NCBI RefSeq assembly: GCF_042660085.1
Contig: NZ_JBHSTI010000008.1
Location: 2,265,604-2,297,603, forward strand
DNA length: 32,000 nucleotides
Direction: 5' to 3'
Source of the DNA: Longivirga aurantiaca
Lineage (GTDB): Bacteria; Actinomycetota; Actinomycetes; S36-B12; CAIYMF01
Positions 18,324 to 25,920 of the stretch are shown here, piece after piece. The notes below the pieces were generated by a model that saw only the letters and a list, made by a program, of their open reading frames with translations, did not search any database and was not told the DNA's origin. The position numbers and the translations under genes are program-made. The stretch's first letter is position 1. The number at the start of each line of letters is the position of its first letter.

Positions 18324-19174
18324 TCCCCTCGGCGTTCGACTACGTGAAGGCGTCCACGGTCGACGAGGCCGTCGCGGCTCTCGCCGAGGCAGGCGAGGAC
18401 GCGAAGGTGCTCGGCGGCGGCCAGTCGCTGCTGCCGGTGCTGCGCCTGCGTCTCAACGCACCGACCGTGCTCGTCGATGTCAGCGGCGTCGGCGAGATGC
18501 GGAGCATCTCGGACGAGGGCGGCTCGCTGCTCATCGGTGCGGCGGTCACGACGTACGAGGTCCTGCACGACGCGGCGGTCAACGCCTCGGTGCCCCTGCT
18601 GTCGCAGACCGCGGGGCTCGTGGCCGACCCGGCCATCCGTCACCGCGGGACCTTCGGCGGCTCGTGCACCCACGCCGACCCGGCAGGCGACCTGCCCACG
18701 GTGGCGCGGGCGCTCGACGCCGAGTTCGTGATCGCGGGGCCGGGCGGCCGTCGCACGGTGGCGGCGGCGGACTTCTTCGTCGACTACTTCACCACGGCCG
18801 TGGGACCGGACGAGGTCCTCGTGGCCGTCCGCGTGCCGAAGCTCGACGGGTGGGGCAGCCACTACGAGAAGTTCCACCGCACCGCGCAGGCGTGGGCCAT
18901 CGTCGGTGTCGCAGCGGCGGTGAAGGTCGAGGGCGGCAGCATCACCGGCGCCCGCGTCGCGCTCACCAACGTCGGACCGACGCCGGTGCGCGCTGCCTCG
19001 GTCGAGGCGGCCCTCATCGGAGGCCCTGCCACCGTCGAGGCGATCACTGCCGCCGCGCAGAGCGCGGCCGACGGCACGTCGCCCACCAGCGACACCCACG
19101 CCGCGGCCGACTTCCGCACCCACCTGGCGAAGGTCCTCACGGGCCGAGCCGTCGCCAAGGCCGCGGGCCTCTAG
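18320..19174 (+). CDS. FAD-binding medium subunit (CoxM-like) of the form-II enzyme
   Basis: The start MIPSAFDYVKASTVDEAVAAL is followed by the GGGQSLLPVLRLRL FAD-binding motif and RHRGTFGGS. GGAGG lies upstream of the ATG at 18320. Confidence 0.9.
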   Translation: MIPSAFDYVKASTVDEAVAALAEAGEDAKVLGGGQSLLPVLRLRLNAPTVLVDVSGVGEMRSISDEGGSLLIGAAVTTYEVLHDAAVNASVPLLSQTAGLVADPAIRHRGTFGGSCTHADPAGDLPTVARALDAEFVIAGPGGRRTVAAADFFVDYFTTAVGPDEVLVAVRVPKLDGWGSHYEKFHRTAQAWAIVGVAAAVKVEGGSITGARVALTNVGPTPVRAASVEAALIGGPATVEAITAAAQSAADGTSPTSDTHAAADFRTHLAKVLTGRAVAKAAGL

Positions 19175-19188
19175 CGCTCCACCAGCCC

Positions 19189-19230
19189 CAGCAGAACGGC
19201 CCCCGTCGCACGACGGGGGCCGTTCTGCTG
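19189..19230. terminator. bidirectional hairpin terminator between convergent genes
   Basis: CAGCAGAACGGCCCCCGTCG..CGACGGGGGCCGTTCTGCTG is a near-perfect 19-20 bp stem followed by TT. It sits between the medium-subunit stop (19174) and the modC stop (19246). Confidence 0.7.
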
Positions 19231-19245
19231 TTCCTCGAGGGTCGG

Positions 19246-20307
19246 TCAGGCGGGGTAGACGTCGAGCTCGGTGGCCTTGGCCGAGAGCCACAGCTCGGTG
19301 CCGCGCGTGAGCCGGAGGTCGGCCACCGCCCCCGGTGTGACGTCGACGATGACCGTCGGGGCGCCGCTGACGGTGACGCGGACGCGGTCGCCGATGGGCT
19401 CGACGCCGTCGACGACACCGCGCCACACGTTGCGCGCGCTGCCCTCCGGCTCGGCGGCGTGCAGGCTGATCGCGCTGGGTCGTACGGCGACCAGCACGTG
19501 GCCGTGGTGATCGGCGTCGTCCGCCACGTGCAGCGCGCCGCCGCCGTCCAGGGCGACCTCCCCGCCCGCGGCCGTGCCGGGCAGCAGGTTGATGCCGAGC
19601 AGCCGTGCGACGTAGCGCGTCGCCGGGCGCCTGGCCACCTCCCACGGCTCCCCCTGCTGCGTGACCGAGCCGCCCTCCAGCACCACGATCCGGTCCGCCA
19701 GGACGAGGGCGTCGAGCGGGTCGTGCGTGACCAGCAGCGTGGGACCCCCGACGTCGGTCAGGTGCTCGCGCAACCAGGAGCGGACGTCGAGCCGCGTGCC
19801 GGCGTCGAGCGCCGCGAGCGGTTCGTCGAGCAGCATCGCCACCGGGTCGGCCGCGAGCGCACGACCGAGCGCCACCCGCTGTGCCTGCCCGCCCGACAGC
19901 GTCGCCGGCTTGCGGTGCGCGAGGTCGTCGAGCCCGAGCCTCGTCACCCACACCCCCGCGCGCCGCCGGGATTCGGCCTTGGACACGCCGGACGAGCGCA
20001 GCCCGAAGGCGAGGTTGTCGAGCACCGAGAGGTGAGGGAAGAGCCGATAATCCTGGAACACCAGGCCGATCCGGCGCTCCCCCGGTGCGACGAGCACGTC
20101 GGCCGCGGGATGGTCCACGACCACGGTGCCGAGCGACAGCCGCCCGCCGGTCATCGGCGTGAGCCCGGCGACCGCGCGCAGCAGGGTCGACTTCCCGGCA
20201 CCGTTCGGGCCGAGCACCGCCACCACCTCGCCGGCAGCCACCTCGATCTCGACGTCGAGGCGGAAGGCCCCCTGCTCGACGACGACCTGGCCCGACAGCC
20301 CGCTCAT
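19246..20307 (-). CDS. modC: molybdate ABC transporter ATP-binding protein
   Basis: Walker A is GPNGAGKST, the signature is LSGGQAQRVALGRAL and Walker B is LLDEPLAALD. A C-terminal TOBE/Mop-like domain is present. The ATG at 20307 overlaps the modB stop as ATGA. It lies in an operon with modA and modB. Confidence 0.9.
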   Translation of the reverse strand: MSGLSGQVVVEQGAFRLDVEIEVAAGEVVAVLGPNGAGKSTLLRAVAGLTPMTGGRLSLGTVVVDHPAADVLVAPGERRIGLVFQDYRLFPHLSVLDNLAFGLRSSGVSKAESRRRAGVWVTRLGLDDLAHRKPATLSGGQAQRVALGRALAADPVAMLLDEPLAALDAGTRLDVRSWLREHLTDVGGPTLLVTHDPLDALVLADRIVVLEGGSVTQQGEPWEVARRPATRYVARLLGINLLPGTAAGGEVALDGGGALHVADDADHHGHVLVAVRPSAISLHAAEPEGSARNVWRGVVDGVEPIGDRVRVTVSGAPTVIVDVTPGAVADLRLTRGTELWLSAKATELDVYPA

Positions 20308-21116
20308 GCCGATGCCCCGGTCCCCAGCCACCGGTCGCGGAGCCCCACGAGCACGAGCACCGAGACCGCGAGCAGCACGAGGCTCAGCACGACCGCCTCG
20401 GAAGGGTCGCCCTCGAGACCGGTGTAGACGGCGAGCGGCAGCGTCTGCGTCACGCCCTCGAGGTTGCCGGCGAAGGTGATGGTCGCTCCGAACTCGCCCA
20501 GTGCGCGGGCGAAGGTCAGCACCGCACCCGCGACGAGCGACGGCGCCACGAGCGGCACGGTGACCCGGCGGAACACCTCGACGCGGCTCGCGCCCAGGGT
20601 GACCGCAGCCTCCTCGAGCTTCCCGTCCAGGCCGCGCAGCGCCCCCTCGACCGTGATGACGAGGAACGGCATGGCCACGAACACCTGCGCAACGACCACC
20701 CCCGGCGTGGTGAACGGCAGCGTGATCCCGGTGAGTGCTTCGAGCGGCTGACCGACGATGCCCCGGCGCCCGAACGCCAGGAGCAGTGCGATGCCGCCCA
20801 CGACGGGCGGGAGCACGAGCGGCACCGTGACGAGCGCGCGCAGGAAGCGGCGGCCCGGGACTGTCGAGCGCGCGAGCAGCCAGGCCAGCGGTACGCCGAG
20901 CAGCACGGCCACGACGGTCGAGGCCAGCCCGGTCACGAGCGAGAGCCGCAGCGCCGCCAGCGACGTCGGCGAGGTGAGCACCTCCCAGAACCGGCTCCAG
21001 GGCGCGCGGACGAGCAGCCCGAGCAGGGGCAGCGCGAGGAACAGGATGGCGAGCCCGGCGGGCACGAGGACGGGCCAGGGGGGTGCGGTCGCCGACCGCC
21101 CGCGGCGGGCGGTCAC
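20304..21116 (-). CDS. modB: molybdate ABC transporter permease
   Basis: 270 aa and polytopic. An EAA-like loop is present (EEAAVTLGASRVEVFRRVTVPL). The GTG at 21116 overlaps the modA stop as GTGA. The ORF-track version (510 aa) reads through the modA region in another frame and is rejected. Confidence 0.9.
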   Translation of the reverse strand: MTARRGRSATAPPWPVLVPAGLAILFLALPLLGLLVRAPWSRFWEVLTSPTSLAALRLSLVTGLASTVVAVLLGVPLAWLLARSTVPGRRFLRALVTVPLVLPPVVGGIALLLAFGRRGIVGQPLEALTGITLPFTTPGVVVAQVFVAMPFLVITVEGALRGLDGKLEEAAVTLGASRVEVFRRVTVPLVAPSLVAGAVLTFARALGEFGATITFAGNLEGVTQTLPLAVYTGLEGDPSEAVVLSLVLLAVSVLVLVGLRDRWLGTGASA

Positions 21117-21889
21117 GGGGCGCCGAACCCGGCGTCGGCGAGCACCTTCTGCGCCTCGGGGCCCAGCAGGTATGCCGCGAACGCCTGTGCTGTCACGGGA
21201 TTCGCGCTGCCCGACATCGCGGCGATCGGGTAGCTCGTCGTCACGTTCTGGTCGACGGGGATGTCGATGCCGACGACGGCGCTGCCCGCGGCCTTCACGT
21301 CGGTCACGTAGACGATGCCTGCGTCGACCTCGCCGAGCTGCACCTTGGAGAGCACCGACTTCACGTCGACCTCGCGCGTCACGGGCGTCACCGTGAGGTT
21401 GTTCTGCTCGAAGAGCTTGTCGGCCGCGATGCCGCACGGCACGTCGGCCGCGCACACGGCGACCTTCACCGCGGGGTCGGCGAGGTCCGCCAGCGAGGTG
21501 ACTGTCGTGATCGGGTCGGCCGGGGCAGCGATGGCCATCGTGTTGACGGCGAACACCGTCGAGCCGGGCGCGAGCCCGGCGTCGACCACGGTGTCCATCG
21601 TCTTCTGGCTCGCGCTGGCGAACACGTCGGCAGGCGCCTTCTCGGCGATCTGGGTCGCGAGTCCGCTGCTCGGCCCGAAGCTGAACGTGATCGTCGTTCC
21701 CGGGTTCGCCGCCTCGAACTGCTCGCCGATCGTCACGAACGCCTCCTTCAGCGAGGCTGCGGCGAACACGGTGATCGGTCCTGTCACGCCGGTCGCCGAG
21801 CCGGACGGCGCTTCTCCAGCAGCGGTCGAGCCGCATCCGGCCACAGCGAGCGTCGCGGCTGCGAGGGCTACGAGCAGGCGCGTGCGCAC
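21113..21889 (-). CDS. modA: molybdate ABC transporter substrate-binding lipoprotein
   Basis: A lipobox is present (LAVAGC). The motif ITVFAAASLKEAF...FSFGPSSGLATQI...ADVFASAS is typical of ModA. GTG start at 21889 with GAAGGG upstream. Confidence 0.9.
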   Translation of the reverse strand: MRTRLLVALAAATLAVAGCGSTAAGEAPSGSATGVTGPITVFAAASLKEAFVTIGEQFEAANPGTTITFSFGPSSGLATQIAEKAPADVFASASQKTMDTVVDAGLAPGSTVFAVNTMAIAAPADPITTVTSLADLADPAVKVAVCAADVPCGIAADKLFEQNNLTVTPVTREVDVKSVLSKVQLGEVDAGIVYVTDVKAAGSAVVGIDIPVDQNVTTSYPIAAMSGSANPVTAQAFAAYLLGPEAQKVLADAGFGAP

Positions 21890-21920
21890 GGTGCGCCCTT
21901 CGTCGTCCGCGGGGTGCGCA

Positions 21921-22328
21921 TCAGCGGTGGTCGGGGATCTCGATGCCGACGTTGGTGGACTTCACGGTGGCGACCGCGAGGACTCCGGGCTCGAGACCGA
22001 GCTCGTCGGCGGCCTCGCGGCTCATGAGCGACACCATCCGGTGCGGGCCCACCTGCAGCTCGACCTGCGCCATCACCGTGTCGCGCACGACGCGGGTGAC
22101 GATGCCCGTCAGCCGGTTGCGGGCCGAGGCGCTCACCACCGGGCTCTCGAGCGCGGGATCGTCGACCGCCCGCTCGGCCATGAACCGCGCCACCTCGGTG
22201 CCGTCCACCACGGCACGTCCGACGTCGTCGGTCGCCGTGGCGAGGCGCCCCGAGTCGGCCCAGCGCCGCACCGTGTCGTCGCTGACGTGCAGGAGGCTCG
22301 CCACTTCGCTGATCCGCAGCTTCGTCAT
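21921..22328 (-). CDS. molybdate-responsive regulator candidate: N-terminal excisionase/MerR-type HTH plus C-terminal Mop/TOBE domain
   Basis: Start is the ATG at 22328. The HTH is MTKLRISEVASLLHVSDDTVRRWADSGRL. The C-terminal segment SARNRLTGIVTRVVRDTVMAQVELQVGPHRMVSLMSREAADELGLEPGVLAVATVKSTNVGIE matches the molbindin/TOBE pattern. It ends 31 nt upstream of modA. Confidence 0.8.
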   Translation of the reverse strand: MTKLRISEVASLLHVSDDTVRRWADSGRLATATDDVGRAVVDGTEVARFMAERAVDDPALESPVVSASARNRLTGIVTRVVRDTVMAQVELQVGPHRMVSLMSREAADELGLEPGVLAVATVKSTNVGIEIPDHR

Positions 22329-22374
22329 GCGGGCGAGGGTACGGCTCAGATGCGGATCACGCATCCATTTCTGG

Positions 22375-22388
22375 TCCGCACGTGCGGA
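22375..22388. promoter_or_regulatory. candidate operator: perfect 14-bp palindrome TCCGCACGTGCGGA upstream of the mop-regulator-modABC operon
   Basis: It lies 46 nt upstream of the regulator ATG (22328) in an 85-bp intergenic gap. A further GATCCGCA half-site (minus strand, 22351-22358) lies inside the imperfect palindrome GATGCG-gatca-CGCATC. Confidence 0.4.
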
Positions 22389-22413
22389 TTGTGACCCGTC
22401 ATGCTTCCGCAGG

Positions 22414-22956
22414 TCACGCAGGCCGCTCGTCGAGGTCCTCGCCCGACGCGACGTCGCCCACCTCCACGAGGGCGACGTCGTGCGCCGCGAGGTAGGCCCG
22501 TGCACCGCGGTCGCCGTCGGCCGCGTCGCGCACGCCCGGCCAGTGCCCCCGCCCGAGCAGCACCGGGTGCCCCCGCTCGCCGGCGTACGCCGCCTGGGCG
22601 AGATCGGAGCCGCTGTCGACGAGCCGTCGCACGGCCTCGGGGCTGAGCCCCGGGAGGTCGACGAGGGTGACCACGACCCGATCGGCCTCGGTGCCCACCA
22701 GCGTGTCCAGGCCGAGCCGCAGCGACGAGCCCATGCCGCTCGCCCAGTCGGCGTTCACGACCGTGATGTCGGCGTCGTCCACGCGGCCCACCCAGGCACC
22801 GAGCACGACGACGACGGGCTCGCACTCGGCGTCGCGCAGCAGATGCACCGCACGGTCGACCAGCCGCTCGCCGTCCAGCACGTACGGCGCCTTCGGACCG
22901 CCGAAGCGCCGTCCCTCACCGGCAGCGAGCACGAGCCCCGCGGTGCTCCCGCTCAA
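22414..22956 (-). CDS. mocA: MobA-like nucleotidyltransferase, probable molybdenum cofactor cytidylyltransferase (MocA-type)
   Basis: The N-terminal motif is GLVLAAGEGRRFGGPK, followed by VVVTLVDLPGLSPEAV. The apparent TTG start at 22956 overlaps the xdhC stop as TTGA. The role is inferred from context with xdhC and MCD-dependent enzymes. Confidence 0.75.
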   Translation of the reverse strand: MSGSTAGLVLAAGEGRRFGGPKAPYVLDGERLVDRAVHLLRDAECEPVVVVLGAWVGRVDDADITVVNADWASGMGSSLRLGLDTLVGTEADRVVVTLVDLPGLSPEAVRRLVDSGSDLAQAAYAGERGHPVLLGRGHWPGVRDAADGDRGARAYLAAHDVALVEVGDVASGEDLDERPA

Positions 22957-24059
22957 CGCGGAGCGCCGGCGTGGATCGGCCCGTCGGACTGCGCCAGATT
23001 CTTGCCTGAGCCGCCCCAGCGGTGCTGCACGATCTCGGCGGCGATCGAGATCGCTGTCTCCTCAGGGGTTCTCGCGCCGAGGTCCAGGCCGATCGGCGAC
23101 TGGATCCGGGCGATCTCAGCGTCGGTGAGCCCGGCCTCCTTCAACCGGATCGTGCGGTCCTCGTGGGTGCGGCGCGACCCCATCGCCCCGATGTAGGCGG
23201 CGCGGGTGGCGACGGCCTCCTTCAGCGCCGGCACGTCGAACTTCGGGTCGTGCGTCAGCACGCAGATCACCGCGCGGGAGTCGACCTGCTGCGAGGCCAG
23301 CCAGCGGTGCGGCCAGTCCACGACGACCTCGTCGGCGTCCGGGAACCGCTTCCTGGTCGCGAACACCTCGCGCGCGTCGACGATCGTGACGTGGAAGCCC
23401 AGCAGCTTGCCCGCCCTGCTCAGTGCCGCGGAGAAGTCGACCGCGCCGAAGATCGCCATCCGCGGCGCCGGCGCGAACGACGCCACGAACACCTCCAGGC
23501 CCTCGCCGAGCCGCTCGCCCTCGGGGCCGTACCTCAGGAACCCCGTCGAGCCGGACTCGAGCATCCCGAGCACGTCGGATCCCACGGTGTCGTCCAGGCG
23601 CGAGGTGCCGAGCGATCCTTCGATCCCGTTCTCCCGCACCACGATGTGGCGCCCCACGTGATCGGGACCCTTCACCACCGTGGCGACCGCGACGTGCTCG
23701 CCCGCGTCGATCGACGCCGCGATACCGGGCAGCTCCGGCCAGGTCTGCTCGTCGACCTTCTCGACGAACACCTCCAGGATCCCGCCGCAGGTGAGCCCGA
23801 CCGTGAACGCGTCACCGTCGCTGATGCCATACGTCTCGTAGCGCGCGACGCCGTCCTCGAGCACCTCGGTGCCCAGGGTGTAGAGCGCGCCCTCGACGCA
23901 GCCGCCGCTCACCGAGCCGACCGCCTCGCCTGCGGCGGTCACGAGCATCGACGCACCGGCAGGACGCGGCGCCGAACGCCACGTGCGGACCACGGTGGCC
24001 ATCGCCACCGGCTCGCCGCGATCGACGGCGGCCATCAGTGCGGGCAGGACCTCGCGCAC
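22953..24059 (-). CDS. xdhC: XdhC/CoxI-family molybdenum cofactor insertion chaperone
   Basis: The N-terminal domain reads RGEPVAMATVVRTWRSAPRPAGASMLVTAAGEAVGSVSGGCVEGAL. The XdhC_C Rossmann-like part reads MAIFGAVDFSAAL...VLTHDPKFD...YIGAMGSRRT. The GTG at 24059 is preceded by GAGGAG with a 5-nt spacer. The 81 upstream codons of the ORF-track version are rejected. Confidence 0.85.
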   Translation of the reverse strand: MREVLPALMAAVDRGEPVAMATVVRTWRSAPRPAGASMLVTAAGEAVGSVSGGCVEGALYTLGTEVLEDGVARYETYGISDGDAFTVGLTCGGILEVFVEKVDEQTWPELPGIAASIDAGEHVAVATVVKGPDHVGRHIVVRENGIEGSLGTSRLDDTVGSDVLGMLESGSTGFLRYGPEGERLGEGLEVFVASFAPAPRMAIFGAVDFSAALSRAGKLLGFHVTIVDAREVFATRKRFPDADEVVVDWPHRWLASQQVDSRAVICVLTHDPKFDVPALKEAVATRAAYIGAMGSRRTHEDRTIRLKEAGLTDAEIARIQSPIGLDLGARTPEETAISIAAEIVQHRWGGSGKNLAQSDGPIHAGAPR

Positions 24060-24138
24060 GGCATCTCCTCGGGGTGTCCCACTGGGGTGAGGGCACGACG
24101 GACCCGGCCGGACGCAGCGCGCGTGCCCGTCGTCGTCC

Positions 24139-24573
24139 ATGATGACCCGCATGGCAAGAGTCCTGCTCGCCGACGTCGTGACCGAGCCCATCCACGTGCG
24201 CGACGTGGCCGCCCTCGTGGCCGGGCCCGAGGCCGGCGCCGTCGTCACCTTCTCCGGCGACGTCCGCGACCACGACCACGGCAGGTCGGTCGCGACGCTC
24301 ACCTACGAGGGCCACCCGACCGCCGCCTCGGTGCTCGCCGAGTGCGCCGCCGAGATCGCCGCCAGGCACCCCGTGGTCGCCGTCGCGGCCCTGCACCGCG
24401 TCGGGCCCATCGCCATCGGTGAGGCGGCGCTGGTCGCCGCGGTCAGCAGCGCCCATCGCGCCGAGGCGTTCGCCGCCTGCGCCGAGCTCGTCGACGTCAT
24501 CAAGGAGCGCCTGCCCGTGTGGAAGCACCAGGTCTTCACCGACGGCACCGACGAATGGGTCAACTGCGCCTGA
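24139..24573 (+). CDS. moaE: molybdopterin synthase catalytic subunit
   Basis: 144 aa with typical MoaE motifs: GAVVTFSGDVRDHD, LTYEGHP, HRVGPIAIGEAALVAAVSSAHRAEAF and KERLPVWKHQVF. It is divergent from xdhC. Confidence 0.9.
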   Translation: MMTRMARVLLADVVTEPIHVRDVAALVAGPEAGAVVTFSGDVRDHDHGRSVATLTYEGHPTAASVLAECAAEIAARHPVVAVAALHRVGPIAIGEAALVAAVSSAHRAEAFAACAELVDVIKERLPVWKHQVFTDGTDEWVNCA

Positions 24574-24775
24574 TCCCCCCGACCCGGTCGGGAGGCGGCG
24601 GCCCGCCATCCCCCGCCATGAAGGCCGGCGTCGTTGAGCTCTGAGCAACGAAGCCCCCCATCGTCAACCTGGCGAGGTGACGGTGGGGCTGGTTTCGTCA
24701 GGTTCCGAACGACACTCCCCGGAGTGATGCATCCAGGGCGCCGCACGCCTACCGTCGAGGTGGGAGGTGAGGGCG

Positions 24776-25732
24776 ATGGCGCTCGGACCGTTGGGGTCGC
24801 TCGCTGCCTCGGCGCGCGCCACGCTCGCGCGGCACGACGCGCCGCACCCGACCCCGACCCACCCCCGGACCGTCTTCGTGCTGTCCGGCGGAGCCGCGCT
24901 CGGTGCGGCCCAGGCGGGCATGGCCCGCGTGCTGCTCGACGCCGGCGTGGTGCCGGACGCCATCGTCGGCGTCTCCGCGGGCGCCATCAACGGCGCGCAC
25001 ATCGCGTTCCACCCGCACTCGGACGGCGGGGAGCGCCTGGAAGACCTCTGGCGGGCCCTCTCCACGACCGGTGTCATCGGCGGCCGCCGCAGCTGGGCCT
25101 GGAACGTCGTGCGCGGACGGTCCGGCGCGTTCCCGGCCGAGGGGCTGCGCGCCGCCCTCGAGGAGGCTGTCGGCGACCGCACCGACATCGGGGGCTCCGA
25201 CATCGAGCTCTACATCGGCACCACGCACCTCGCGACGGGCCACCCGGTGTTCCACCGCCGGGGGCCGCTCGTCGACGTCCTGCTCGCGTCGTCCGCGCTG
25301 CCCGGGCTGTTCCCCGCCGTGCACCTCGACGACCCGGACGGCGAGCATGCCGGCCTGCACGTGGACGGCGCGGTCACGGCGATGCTGCCGCTGCAGTACG
25401 CGCTCGAGCTCGATCCGGGGCACGTGTGGGTGCTCGATGTGTCCGGCGCCGTCCGCGCCACCGCGGCATACCACCCGGGCAGTCTCGACCTCGTGTCGAC
25501 CGGCTTCGCCCTCGCCCTCGGCCGGCAGGTGGGCCTCGGCGACTCCGGCCACGACCCGCGCGTGAGCACGATCAGCCTCCGGATGCGCCCCGCGGAGAAG
25601 CTCCGCAGCGTCCTGGACTTCGACCACACCGAGGCCCTCATCGAGGCCGGGCGGCACGAGGCCGAGGAGTCGCTCGCGCACGCGTTCGCCCGGCGTCCCG
25701 ACCTCATCCCGGGCCGACCCGAGTCCGCCTGA
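24776..25732 (+). CDS. patatin-like phospholipase
   Basis: Motifs: Gly-rich oxyanion loop VLSGGAALGAAQAG, nucleophile G-x-S-x-G as GVSAG, and catalytic Asp in VDGAV. The ATG at 24776 has GGGAGG 8 nt upstream and is preferred over the GTG at 24767. Confidence 0.85.
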   Translation: MALGPLGSLAASARATLARHDAPHPTPTHPRTVFVLSGGAALGAAQAGMARVLLDAGVVPDAIVGVSAGAINGAHIAFHPHSDGGERLEDLWRALSTTGVIGGRRSWAWNVVRGRSGAFPAEGLRAALEEAVGDRTDIGGSDIELYIGTTHLATGHPVFHRRGPLVDVLLASSALPGLFPAVHLDDPDGEHAGLHVDGAVTAMLPLQYALELDPGHVWVLDVSGAVRATAAYHPGSLDLVSTGFALALGRQVGLGDSGHDPRVSTISLRMRPAEKLRSVLDFDHTEALIEAGRHEAEESLAHAFARRPDLIPGRPESA

Positions 25733-25748
25733 CGTTCCGCCCGCAGAT

Positions 25749-25760
25749 CCGCACCTGCGG
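25749..25760. promoter_or_regulatory. candidate operator CCGCACCTGCGG upstream of coxG-coxMSL (alternatively part of a terminator hairpin after the patatin gene)
   Basis: The arms CCGCA/TGCGG and the left flank GAT are the same as at 15287-15301. It lies 160 nt upstream of the coxG GTG and 17 nt after the patatin stop. The overlapping sequence CCCGCAG-atccgcac-CTGCGGG can also fold as a 7-bp hairpin. Confidence 0.3.
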
Positions 25761-25920
25761 GTCCTCGTGGGAGATGCAGCCGCTTCTGCCCCAGTCAGGT
25801 CTGGGCAACCTCAGGACCTGCACCGTCAGGGTGCGGGGATGCCGACCCCGTCCTACCCTCAGCCCACCGCGTGACCGCCGTCACAGACCCGTGCTCGTCA
25901 GCGCCTTCCCAGGAGTGTTC

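Noticed and set aside
25739-25760. Treating the element after the patatin stop purely as a rho-independent terminator.
   Set aside because: This is not fully rejected. A 7-bp stem (CCCGCAG/CTGCGGG) is possible, but there is no U-tract. The same CCGCA-N2-TGCGG core with a GAT flank recurs at two other Mo-related promoters, so I list it as ambiguous rather than as a terminator feature.
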